Virus record (IMG/VR): IMGVR_UViG_3300022666_000086
Location: 1 to 34,444 of that record
Source of the DNA: a virus
Lineage: Duplodnaviria > Caudoviricetes
Direction: 5' to 3' (one strand)
Length of the DNA stretch: 34,444 nucleotides
Shown here piece by piece: positions 17,686 through 26,020 of this stretch. The stretch's first letter is position 1. Every line of letters begins with the position of its first letter. The notes under the pieces were generated by a model. The model had not been told where the DNA came from. It ran no database searches and saw only the letters and a list, made by a program, of their open reading frames with translations. A program made the position numbers and the translations under genes.

Positions 17686-18801
17686 CTAGCTCCTGTATCG
17701 CCACGAGACCGGATAATAGTAGATGTAGAGATAAGCATCTGTTGGCGGAGTGGTTGAAACTGAATCGATATCCGCCGTTATTGCGCTGCCTTCTGCAACG
17801 AGAGTTGAAGGATTGGCGGCCACGTTGTCCAAATCAGACGTTGCTCCACTGGCTATCGAGGGCTTTGTGGTGAACTTGGTTGCGCCATCGTCGTTGATAT
17901 CAAAGACCGTGGCGTTGGTCGTGCCTGCGCTTTTGACTCGGGCATCCGCTGCCAGGATATAGACATCGCAAGGCGCAAACCAGGTCTTGAATGCGTCTGT
18001 GCCCGCTCCGAGCCTTCCTGGCCGGATGAACTGCTCGACCATAGCATGATTGGCACAGTATTTCATGCTCGTGAACCCGGCTGTCAGAGAGTCGCCCACT
18101 ATATCCACTGTCACCACGTTGCTGCTGTACGAAGAGCTGATCACCATGGCCGTCTGGAACGTGCTGCCCTCCAGCCAGATCAGGATCACGCCTCTTTTGA
18201 GGATCTGGTCGTAGAGGTTAGCGTTGCCCACGTCCGCAATGGTGAACTGAGTATCGGCGACCCTTGTCGGTGATCCGGGCACCGTGGTCCAGAATGAACT
18301 TGATTCTCCGGAAGCTGCATAGATCGGCGAGACTATCCTCATATCGGCCACGCCTGCGGTGCAGTAGCTTCCGTGATCCCCGCTCTGTACCCCGTCTTCA
18401 TCAACGCATATGATGGCTATCAGGTAGCATTTCAGGTTGGGGAGTTCTGGAGGTTTGGGCTGCAGGTTCTCAAGAAAGTCGGTCAGGCTGGTTGGGGTGC
18501 CCTCGGTGCCTGCGATCCTCTTGAGGGTGTCGTCGGTGCCGTCCATCACGATCAGGTCATATCTGTGCATCCCAGCTGATGCTGCAGGAATGGCGGTGAG
18601 GCTCCCCCCAGCGTATGACATCGCGGTGCCTGCATTTTTGTAGTAGCCGCTGGATACCGATATCGAAGAAACAGAAGCGCGGGATACTTCCATACCAGAT
18701 ATGCCACAGTAACCAGCGAGCGCGGCCCGTGGTGCCTGGAAGAACACCGAATGCGACCTAAGGCGGTCACCCTGTCGCGGAAAAAGAGCATATTCTGTCA
18801 A
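17686..18801 (-). CDS. Multi-domain fibre/structural protein (371 aa)
   Basis: N-terminal fibre-attachment-like region (ISVSSG...HRYDLIV...PELP...IAII.V) and a C-terminal beta domain (TVFDINDDG...GSAITADIDSV). Confidence 0.65.
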   Translation of the reverse strand: MTEYALFPRQGDRLRSHSVFFQAPRAALAGYCGISGMEVSRASVSSISVSSGYYKNAGTAMSYAGGSLTAIPAASAGMHRYDLIVMDGTDDTLKRIAGTEGTPTSLTDFLENLQPKPPELPNLKCYLIAIICVDEDGVQSGDHGSYCTAGVADMRIVSPIYAASGESSSFWTTVPGSPTRVADTQFTIADVGNANLYDQILKRGVILIWLEGSTFQTAMVISSSYSSNVVTVDIVGDSLTAGFTSMKYCANHAMVEQFIRPGRLGAGTDAFKTWFAPCDVYILAADARVKSAGTTNATVFDINDDGATKFTTKPSIASGATSDLDNVAANPSTLVAEGSAITADIDSVSTTPPTDAYLYIYYYPVSWRYRS

Positions 18802-18807
18802 TTGGTT

Positions 18808-19266
18808 CTACCACCTTGAGATCAGATTTGATAACTTGAGTTCGTCCGGATATTCTTCGGAGTCAGCCGGACCTGGGGTCTCTCCCTGTTCTGCGATTGG
18901 GGGAGAGTTGCAGACGAGGCTGATCGTCTCCTCGGAAGTCACCTTGAGTCCCTTGAGCTTCTCCATGACCTGTTTGGCGATGGGGTTGGCTATAGGCTGG
19001 AAGACGCCAGCCTGGTCGAAGCTGCCTGGTAGCTCCTCGACTATGCGATCTGCGTAGGTCTGGTAGGCTAGATAGGCGGCGTGGTTGGTTTTGGCCAGGG
19101 CTATGATCTCTGCAGAAGCCCCGGATCGGCCCGCCAGATCAGAGACGTAGGTATCGGCGTTATCAATGGCTATCTCGATAGAATCATCCGATAGCTCAAC
19201 CGCATCGCCTTCTGTAGTACCATCTTTTGCGTTGATGATCGCCCGGATGTCTGAGATAGTGGTCAT
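18808..19266 (-). CDS. Head-tail adaptor (connector) protein, putative
   Basis: MTTISDIRAII...LSDDSIEIAIDNADTYV...AAYLAY pattern typical of helical head-completion proteins. Confidence 0.65.
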   Translation of the reverse strand: MTTISDIRAIINAKDGTTEGDAVELSDDSIEIAIDNADTYVSDLAGRSGASAEIIALAKTNHAAYLAYQTYADRIVEELPGSFDQAGVFQPIANPIAKQVMEKLKGLKVTSEETISLVCNSPPIAEQGETPGPADSEEYPDELKLSNLISRW

Positions 19267-19267
19267 C

Positions 19268-19516
19268 TTACTCCATTTCTGCCAGCTTCAGTAGCTCGTC
19301 TTTGTCCTTGAACCCGGCCCGTTTCCACATGGGCGTTGGGTTGTCTATCTCCATTAGTTTTGGCGATTTTTCCGTGCCCTGATCAACAGTGATCTTTGTG
19401 TCATCGATTGCTGCAAGTCTTGCCAGATCTTCCTTCGCCCGTTTCTCATGCTCTGGCATGGCCAACAGGTTCTCGTAATCCCGCTTGGTGAGCGGGCCGT
19501 CTGGATATCCTCTCAT
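19268..19516 (-). CDS. Small protein (82 aa) adjacent to the Mtd-like gene, possible fibre chaperone/adaptor
   Basis: ATG at 19516 after GAGGT (MRGYPDGPLTKRDYENLL...DNPTPMWKRAGF); the track start at 19594 overlaps the upstream gene and is unlikely. Confidence 0.7.
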   Translation of the reverse strand: MRGYPDGPLTKRDYENLLAMPEHEKRAKEDLARLAAIDDTKITVDQGTEKSPKLMEIDNPTPMWKRAGFKDKDELLKLAEME

Positions 19517-19566
19517 TTTTATGACCTCATGATATTGATTTTGCTGCGCATAGGCACGAATAACGA

Positions 19567-19692
19567 CTACTGTGGCTCCGCGACCGCGCGGCAACCGATA
19601 ATCGAAAGCGCATCCGACCGCCGAAAACTCGCATCACGCGCCCGCGAACCGCAAATCGTCGCACCATACCAAGCACCGCCCGCAATAACCGC
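19567..19692 (-). repeat. Putative DGR variable repeat (VR) with 3' G/C-rich element
   Basis: 39 consecutive codons with no A in the third position; 9 A in the first 114 nt; putative variable codons are NNT; near-pure G/C run GCCGCGCGGTCGCGG at 19592..19578. The partner TR is not in the window. Confidence 0.7.
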
Positions 19693-20661
19693 TGCCTGTG
19701 CCTGGTATGTTCCTTGACCGTAATGGGACCCTCTGGTTCCGCTGATATTCTCGTAGCCGAACGCAATTGCTGCGGCATAATCCTCTCCGGCTATGTAGCT
19801 CTGCCGATCCTGAAGCCAAGTCCACCAGACTCCGGACATGTCCTCCAAGCCAATGTTTGAGACGATCCTTCTGGATGCAGTATCCACATGTCCGCCAACG
19901 GTCGTCGGATTCGCGCTCCCGTAGATATTCGTCTCTTCTGGCGTGCCACTGTGGAGCTGCGCAAACTCCCAGTCTGTCATCATCCTAGCGCCTATATTTT
20001 TCAGGTCGTCTGCGAAATCGTAGAAATTCCGAGAGACAGTCGCGGCAGCTCCGAATACTGATGCGATAGATGCTCCTGTGCCGGAGAGGTGGTATATCGA
20101 GGCCCACAGAGGCGCATAATTCAGGCTGTCGAAATCGGTCGGCCCTCCCCAGGCAAAACCAGGAAGGAAGCGTCCATATGGCCGGTGCTTGAGATCTTGG
20201 ATAGACCGAGGGATGATATCTCCTGCCAGGTAGCCTGTGAGGGGGTGGCCGGATATCGTGCCAACATCCGCGCATTCGCAATGGAAGCCCCCTATCTTGC
20301 GGCTGTCTGCTGCGCTGTAGCCAGCCGGGTAGGTGGTTGCAGCACTCAGAACCAGTATAGGAGAGAACCCGCTGCTCGGAAGGAGTGCATAGACGTAGAA
20401 GTCCTTGCCCGCGCGGTTGGCCGCTACTGTATAGTCGTCCGGAGTCTGAGTATCCCAGACCCAAGACTCGTTGAGGTCCATCTCCAGAGCGGAGTCTCGT
20501 TCGTAAGCATGAGCACCAGCTCCACCAATGTTCACGAGCATATGGCTGGGGCTGACAAGAGTCCTGCGGTTGGCAGCGCTATCGCTACCCTTGTTCTTCC
20601 ACATCCGGTTACGAGAATAGTAGCCGTCCTGTCTGGCGGGAAGGCGGTTAAGGAATCCCAT
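19567..20661 (-). CDS. Major tropism determinant (Mtd)-like C-type-lectin-fold adhesin; probable DGR target
   Basis: AGKDFYVYA, SRKIGGFHC, GLEDMSGVWWTW, and C-terminal GGAWYGATICGSR.......DALSIIGCRAV, matching the Bordetella BPP-1 Mtd / FGE-type CLec pattern. Confidence 0.85.
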   Translation of the reverse strand: MGFLNRLPARQDGYYSRNRMWKNKGSDSAANRRTLVSPSHMLVNIGGAGAHAYERDSALEMDLNESWVWDTQTPDDYTVAANRAGKDFYVYALLPSSGFSPILVLSAATTYPAGYSAADSRKIGGFHCECADVGTISGHPLTGYLAGDIIPRSIQDLKHRPYGRFLPGFAWGGPTDFDSLNYAPLWASIYHLSGTGASIASVFGAAATVSRNFYDFADDLKNIGARMMTDWEFAQLHSGTPEETNIYGSANPTTVGGHVDTASRRIVSNIGLEDMSGVWWTWLQDRQSYIAGEDYAAAIAFGYENISGTRGSHYGQGTYQAQAAVIAGGAWYGATICGSRARDASFRRSDALSIIGCRAVAEPQ

Positions 20662-20663
20662 AA

Positions 20664-20891
20664 TCAGCTCTCCAGGATAGCGAGGATAGCAGCGAGATCA
20701 GCTTTCATGAGGGCGATGTCAGCCCGCATAGTGCCAATATCAGTGGATGTGCTCAGATTGAGTGTAGTTAGATCGATCTGCAAGTTTTTGATGGCCTTCA
20801 GCAGAGCTATCACAGAATCGTTAGTCTCATTAGTCGAATCTGCATCTACTGCGGCAGGTGGATCGTTTACGTAGCCTTGTGAGCCGGACAT
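20664..20891 (-). CDS. Small coiled-coil protein (75 aa)
   Basis: GGAGGT RBS; heptads MRADIAL-MKADLAA-ILAILES. Confidence 0.7.
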   Translation of the reverse strand: MSGSQGYVNDPPAAVDADSTNETNDSVIALLKAIKNLQIDLTTLNLSTSTDIGTMRADIALMKADLAAILAILES

Positions 20892-21166
20892 GATTTTTTA
20901 CCTCCCTTCAATTTACCAAAGTTTGATGCTTGTAATACACCGTCCTTGATCATCTGGATCAAAGCGGGGCTCATCGTGGTCTCGTAGGTTGGACCGGCCT
21001 GGATTATCTGGCCATCCGGTAAGACGATCTGTCCGGCCCCATCAACTCTCTTTGCCTGGAAGTCCTCAGCTGCCCGGAGAGCGAATTGCTTGGAGAACTT
21101 CGAACCGCAGACGAAGATGACTTTTCCGGGCGGCTCGGACGCAGGAGACGTAGATTTCTTTGACAT
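20867..21166 (-). CDS. Hypothetical protein (99 aa), head module
   Basis: GAGGT RBS; fits the operon. Confidence 0.65.
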   Translation of the reverse strand: MSKKSTSPASEPPGKVIFVCGSKFSKQFALRAAEDFQAKRVDGAGQIVLPDGQIIQAGPTYETTMSPALIQMIKDGVLQASNFGKLKGGKKSCPAHKAT

Positions 21167-21172
21167 AAAACC

Positions 21173-21214
21173 TCAAAAAATAGTTGGTGTTGGCCCGATC
21201 AGCCAACCACCAAC
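21173..21214 (-). terminator. Hairpin plus T-tract after the capsid gene block
   Basis: GTTGGTGTTGGC (21183-21194) pairs with GCCAACCACCAAC (21202-21214, one bulge); followed on the minus strand by TATTTTTT. Confidence 0.6.
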
Positions 21215-22518
21215 ACGCTAACATATCCTGTATCTGCTCCGGTTTCGCAGGTCACCGTGAACCCGGCCTCCGTGGGAGAAGCCCAGCCCAGATCTTTGGA
21301 TGCTGCGGCTGCGCCCTTGTAGGTCAGGAACACATCGTACAGAGCATCATCCCAATCTGCATCCAGACCCATGCCCTGAGCGCCATAGGCTACCTCGTTG
21401 TTGGGTATGCCACAAAGGGTGTTCAGGGTGCCGTCTCCGGCGGTGACCTTCCCGGCCCTGCCTGCGGTGGTGCCCGAGATTACCAGAGTTCCGCTCGAAG
21501 CATCGGCTTCGACGTTGGACATATCGCCATTGATGAGGGTGGTGATCTCTGCAGGAGTCACGGCATAGATGTTGGCTACGTCGCCCGTTCCTACTGCCGT
21601 TACGCCATTGTCCGGTCCGATATCCAGCTCATCACAGCAGTCCAGGGAGTCCGCTCGGGCGATCTCTACAGTTGAGCCCGTGCCATGATCCAGGGACGTG
21701 AACACCAGATGATCTGTGCTGAATGCTACTGTCATCCTGCTGTAGCCGTGTGTAGCTCCAAGAGCCTGGACCTTTGTCTGGATCTGAGTAGCTATGGCCG
21801 CTCCGGAGTCGCATCCTGACCAGTCACAGGTGATAGTATGCCAGGTTTCGTCACCATTAGCCCTAATTTTGAACTTGGTGTCGGTCTCGGTGGTCATGTC
21901 TTCGCTGCATGATCCGCCTCCCGTGTGGGTTCCCGCAGTACATTCCAGGGTAGCGGTCTCGTCGCCATCCGCGTCGTTCTGAATCTTGATGGTGCCGTTA
22001 TGCCCTACGGTGTGCATGTCGGTAGCTTCCGCTATGCCGGTTATGAAAGGCACTGCATCATCCTGGAACCGGACGGGCGAGGCTCCGCCTGCCAACTGGA
22101 TGGTCTTCCGGGCTATCTTGGTTACGCCTACGCCAACCTGGAGGGCGGTGTCTGCCTTGCCCAGAGAGGTCTGGACGGCTGCAGCCATGTCAGTCTTGGG
22201 GATGCCCAGCTCAGGCTTGACATAAGCGGCATCTGCATGAGCATCTATCTCATTGATAGCCGCTTGGACTGAAGTCTTGGTGGTGGTTGTGAGAGCCGCC
22301 AGAGATCCGACTTTGACATCATCTGCCAGTTTGGCGTTGGTTACTGAGCCGTCTGCAGGTGAGCTGGAGGGCGAGAGTGCATTGATCTCATCGGCGGTTG
22401 CCGTGATCTTATGCCACTCACCGTCGTCCCCGAGCATATAGAGGTTCTTGATATATGCCAGGCCATCCATTTCAGGATGGCCGAATAGCATATGTCCACT
22501 CTTAAGGTTCTGTCCCAT
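21199..22518 (-). CDS. Head fibre / capsid decoration protein, putative (439 aa)
   Basis: Directly after MCP; ITATADEINAL, DGSVTNAKLA and YVKPELGIPKTDMAAAVQTSLGKADTALQ fibre-stem motifs followed by Thr/Gly-rich beta domains. Confidence 0.6.
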   Translation of the reverse strand: MGQNLKSGHMLFGHPEMDGLAYIKNLYMLGDDGEWHKITATADEINALSPSSSPADGSVTNAKLADDVKVGSLAALTTTTKTSVQAAINEIDAHADAAYVKPELGIPKTDMAAAVQTSLGKADTALQVGVGVTKIARKTIQLAGGASPVRFQDDAVPFITGIAEATDMHTVGHNGTIKIQNDADGDETATLECTAGTHTGGGSCSEDMTTETDTKFKIRANGDETWHTITCDWSGCDSGAAIATQIQTKVQALGATHGYSRMTVAFSTDHLVFTSLDHGTGSTVEIARADSLDCCDELDIGPDNGVTAVGTGDVANIYAVTPAEITTLINGDMSNVEADASSGTLVISGTTAGRAGKVTAGDGTLNTLCGIPNNEVAYGAQGMGLDADWDDALYDVFLTYKGAAAASKDLGWASPTEAGFTVTCETGADTGYVSVLVVG

Positions 22519-22530
22519 GTGGCACTCCCC

Positions 22531-23511
22531 CTAAGAGCTCACGCCTGTGATTTCATAAACCAGCTTTGTCTTTCCGTTTGATTTGCCATCCATGGGCACG
22601 GCCAAGTAGTCCGTGCACTGCTTAAACGTGCTGATGTACCCTGTGGCATGCTCGCGGTTGGTCTCGTTGAGCAGGATATCAGACGGCCCATAGTTCCCGC
22701 CTATCATAGTCTGCTCGCCTTTCACGAAGACCAGAGCAGAGGTCCCGAGGACATCGGAGGCAGTGACGCCATTCACATCGATGTACTCGTTCCCGTTGCC
22801 GTCGGTATAGGGCGTGTAGGGATATGGGGTGATGTTCCAAGCAGTCTTGAGGTAGTCCTTGAGCCTGGTGACCACCAGGTTGATGAGGTTCAGAGCAGCG
22901 AACTCATCCAGTACGCTGGAGGGGTACAGCAGACCGAACTCGTACTGGCCCGACTCCAGATCAAGGCCTGTGGTGCTCACGATTTTGGTTATGGCTGCAG
23001 CAATATCCTTCTCGGCGTTACCTGCTCCGGCAGAACCCCAGACAGAAGCCGCGCCTTCACCGATCTCGCCAGCTTCATGTGTGTTGGCATCTGCTCTTTT
23101 GGCCTTGAGTTCTCTGATGAGCTTGTAGACTCGGCAGGCTACCAGGTAGTCCTGAACCATCCTGGCGCCGTCAACAGACATCCGGTTGGCTGCCTGAGCG
23201 GTAGCGGCAGAATCCAGGATCTTGAAGCTCTGCTTGTCCCAGGAGTTGGTGAGGTCCTTTGAGCTATAGATCATCTTCCATTTGGAAGTGTCCCCAGCGC
23301 CATCCAGGGGCTGGTCGATCATGCCGGGCGCCCAGGTCTGACCGAAATGCTCGATCTTCTGAGAACTCAGGTTGTCCACCGGGAACGCTGCCAGCAGGCC
23401 CATAGGCTGCTTGTTGAGGTTAGTGTTGAAAACGCGTGCGGTCGTCTTAGCAAACCCTTTGACATACTTGCCCAGGGCCTCGACGTCCATAGCGCCAGTA
23501 TCGAATGCCAT
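22531..23511 (-). CDS. Major capsid protein (presumed HK97 fold, 326 aa)
   Basis: Size and position after protease/scaffold and cement genes; assignment is mainly by synteny. Confidence 0.75.
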   Translation of the reverse strand: MAFDTGAMDVEALGKYVKGFAKTTARVFNTNLNKQPMGLLAAFPVDNLSSQKIEHFGQTWAPGMIDQPLDGAGDTSKWKMIYSSKDLTNSWDKQSFKILDSAATAQAANRMSVDGARMVQDYLVACRVYKLIRELKAKRADANTHEAGEIGEGAASVWGSAGAGNAEKDIAAAITKIVSTTGLDLESGQYEFGLLYPSSVLDEFAALNLINLVVTRLKDYLKTAWNITPYPYTPYTDGNGNEYIDVNGVTASDVLGTSALVFVKGEQTMIGGNYGPSDILLNETNREHATGYISTFKQCTDYLAVPMDGKSNGKTKLVYEITGVSS

Positions 23512-23955
23512 TTAAGTGCCTCCCACGGGAGTGTCGAGAGCAACGTCAGCCAGCTCTCCATCAGATTCAGTCAGATGATTGTCCGGGCCATAGTAGGTGC
23601 CAATGCAAACGGCGCTGTTAGCGTCGCTGTTCTTAGCACAGCCATCGGCCTCGGCAGTCTGAGAAGTGTAGATCCTGTCTCCTCTTCTCAGAGTGATGCC
23701 GGTTATCATGGCCACTTTGACCTTCTTGCCGCAACCCGGCCTATAGAAGTTCATCACCTGGCCAGCGGTGAGAGTCTTGGCGTCTCCATTGTCGTCAATG
23801 CTTGAGACTGCGGCGACACCAAGAACTACATCCGTTACTGAGGCGGTCTTGGTCATGTTGTAGCTGCCATCTGCCTTGTACAGATATCCGGCCTTGATTG
23901 CTTCAGCCGCGCATGGTAAGGCCTCCATGCCGTCTGGTCCCTGAACGTCGGTCAT
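23512..23955 (-). CDS. Capsid cement/decoration protein (147 aa)
   Basis: AAEAIKAG...VLGVA...ITLRRGDRIY...CIG pattern; lies between scaffold and MCP. Confidence 0.7.
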   Translation of the reverse strand: MTDVQGPDGMEALPCAAEAIKAGYLYKADGSYNMTKTASVTDVVLGVAAVSSIDDNGDAKTLTAGQVMNFYRPGCGKKVKVAMITGITLRRGDRIYTSQTAEADGCAKNSDANSAVCIGTYYGPDNHLTESDGELADVALDTPVGGT

Positions 23956-25100
23956 GCTCGTCTACCTCCGAGCTTGAGAGAAAGGTCTTCAAACGTCGGT
24001 ACACCAAGCGCCCGGTATTCGGCCTCTTCGCTGTTGGAGTCGTGCTGCACAAAAGCCGCACCGACGGGCGAGATTTGCTTTCTGTCGCCTTTCACGTCCC
24101 AGTGCTTAGCGTGCTCCGGGTTAGCCAGGAAGGTGTTTATGCCGTTTGTCTGGATCTCGGGCCAATGCTTATCAAACTCCATCTGGTAGGCCTGATCGAA
24201 GTTGGCTTTTAGAGAGTTCTTGGTCAGTTCGTCCTTCTCCGCCTTAACAGCAGCATCACGAGCCTGCTTGTCTGCCTTCAGAGCCTCGATCTCCTTGTTC
24301 TGAGAATCGATCTTGACCGAGAGGGCATTGATTGAATCAAGGATCTTGTTGTTCATCTCCATCACGAGTTTGCTATCCACAGAAATACCGGGGTTTTCGT
24401 CCTTCACGTTCTCCCCTGGCAACTTTGCTATCGAGTCGCCCTCGGGAGGTTTGGGATCTCCGGCAGTCTCTTTCTCATTCAACACCGGCTGCCCATTGGC
24501 AGCCATTTCAGGTTCAGTAGTCAGTTTTATCTCCTCCGTAATCTTTTTTGGACAGTTGCAATCATTGTGATTCGAATCTACATTGAAACCGCATACACCG
24601 ACCGGACAGGCCGGGGTAGTGGTCAATGCGAAATGGTCACCGAAGAAGGGGGGCCTCTCGATATGGTCATAGGCGATCCCGTCAGTCCACAGCTGGGGTT
24701 CGGCCACGGGCTCCCTTTCGCTCCAGTATCCTATTGATCCGCCCAGCGCCTCGCCTTTCTCGATGGCCTCCATTTCAGCGGGCAGCAGACGATTATTGAA
24801 GAGCACCGCTTCGGCTTTGACCCGCCGGTGCTCGATGTCGGGTTCGACATTCCGTATCCTGCCGATCTTGGGAGTACTATGAGTAACGTGATGAGACGGA
24901 AGCGGGTGCTCACGGACTATCGGCACGCCCTCGAACCAGAGCGCTCCTTCGAGGCCTTCAGGATCATAAAAGTCTTCAAACTGTTTCAGGCCGTTGTTCT
25001 GCACGCCCTCTGCCATGAGGACGCATGGCACCACGGTGATCTTCTCATCCTGATAGATGATCTTGCCGCCGAACTCAGCACTGTCAATATGGATTGGCAA
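23952..25100 (-). CDS. Prohead protease (DUF2213-like) fused to a C-terminal coiled-coil scaffold
   Basis: FEGVPIVREHP, IGRIRNV, GSIGY, GDHFALTTTPAC motifs; charged coiled-coil C-terminal half; TTG start. Confidence 0.8.
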   Translation of the reverse strand: MPIHIDSAEFGGKIIYQDEKITVVPCVLMAEGVQNNGLKQFEDFYDPEGLEGALWFEGVPIVREHPLPSHHVTHSTPKIGRIRNVEPDIEHRRVKAEAVLFNNRLLPAEMEAIEKGEALGGSIGYWSEREPVAEPQLWTDGIAYDHIERPPFFGDHFALTTTPACPVGVCGFNVDSNHNDCNCPKKITEEIKLTTEPEMAANGQPVLNEKETAGDPKPPEGDSIAKLPGENVKDENPGISVDSKLVMEMNNKILDSINALSVKIDSQNKEIEALKADKQARDAAVKAEKDELTKNSLKANFDQAYQMEFDKHWPEIQTNGINTFLANPEHAKHWDVKGDRKQISPVGAAFVQHDSNSEEAEYRALGVPTFEDLSLKLGGRRA

Positions 25101-25102
25101 TT

Positions 25103-25696
25103 TTATCCCTCCGGATCGTAAACAGCCCTACACCGGCAAGACGGGTGGGCATGAGCAGTCATTTCGCCGTTGCTGAATGGTTTGCTGATAGGGATCTTCT
25201 GATTCTCTGATTCCAGTGCCGAACAGATATCGCATGTCCTCTCATCACCCATTGCCAGCCAGGAACGGGTCTTAATCCCAGCATCCAGGGCCTGGCGGAG
25301 GCCTGCATATTCATTCGAATAGTGGATCTCCGTCCGGTAGATGGTCTTCAGCCGGGCAGGACTTGCGAGCTGTGAGGCTTCGGCCTGCCGGGCGAAAGCT
25401 TTCTCTCCCTTCCCCCAGTTCTTCTCCAAGAGGTCCCGGATCTGGCCCAGGTCTGTCTCGGTGAGCTGTTCAATCAGATCCCGGCCATGGGAGATGTAGT
25501 ACTCCTGGCCTCGGAAGGGAATGTCTGCCCAGTCGATCCCCAGCTCTTTAGCAATTCGTTTGGCTCCGAGCTGGTAGGCCGCCAATCCACCGGATGCCCA
25601 TATGACCGACCAGAGTCGTTGGTTATTTTCCATCAACTTTCTTTTCAGATCTTGCCAAAACCCCTCATCTTCCAGGAGTTCGTCGTAGGTCTTCAT
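25103..25696 (-). CDS. Minor head morphogenesis protein (Mu gpF / SPP1 gp7-like)
   Basis: RLKTIYRTE, WLAMGDERTCDICSAL, HAHPSCRC motifs. Confidence 0.9.
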   Translation of the reverse strand: MKTYDELLEDEGFWQDLKRKLMENNQRLWSVIWASGGLAAYQLGAKRIAKELGIDWADIPFRGQEYYISHGRDLIEQLTETDLGQIRDLLEKNWGKGEKAFARQAEASQLASPARLKTIYRTEIHYSNEYAGLRQALDAGIKTRSWLAMGDERTCDICSALESENQKIPISKPFSNGEMTAHAHPSCRCRAVYDPEG

Positions 25697-25773
25697 TTGG
25701 AATTCCGCTGATATTTTTATTCACGACCTCTGTACAATTGATTTAAGGCCCATAAAATCGAAATTAGGTAGTT

Positions 25774-25974
25774 TCATCGCCGGGACAATTCATCCCAGGG
25801 CCGAAAATGTGGATACGATATCTTCCAGAAAGAACGCCGTTCTCTCTTAAAATTAGATTGAACATATTCGGTCTGCGAAACTTCGTCCACTTGTTCTATT
25901 GATTGTACTTTGATCTTCCAGTTGATAGATTCTATCCAGTCAATCAATTCAGGATATCTATCAGAAATATTCAT
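25774..25974 (-). CDS. Hypothetical protein (66 aa) in an AT-rich patch
   Basis: ORF only; no clear RBS. Confidence 0.4.
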   Translation of the reverse strand: MNISDRYPELIDWIESINWKIKVQSIEQVDEVSQTEYVQSNFKRERRSFWKISYPHFRPWDELSRR

Positions 25975-26020
25975 AATAAAACGCCAAATAAGACCCGTGC
26001 GATTGGGGTAAAAATATCAG

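Noticed and set aside
19517-19566. Expected DGR hairpin/cruciform downstream of the VR
   Set aside because: Only 4-bp stems were found (e.g. ATGA-GG-TCAT); too weak to call.
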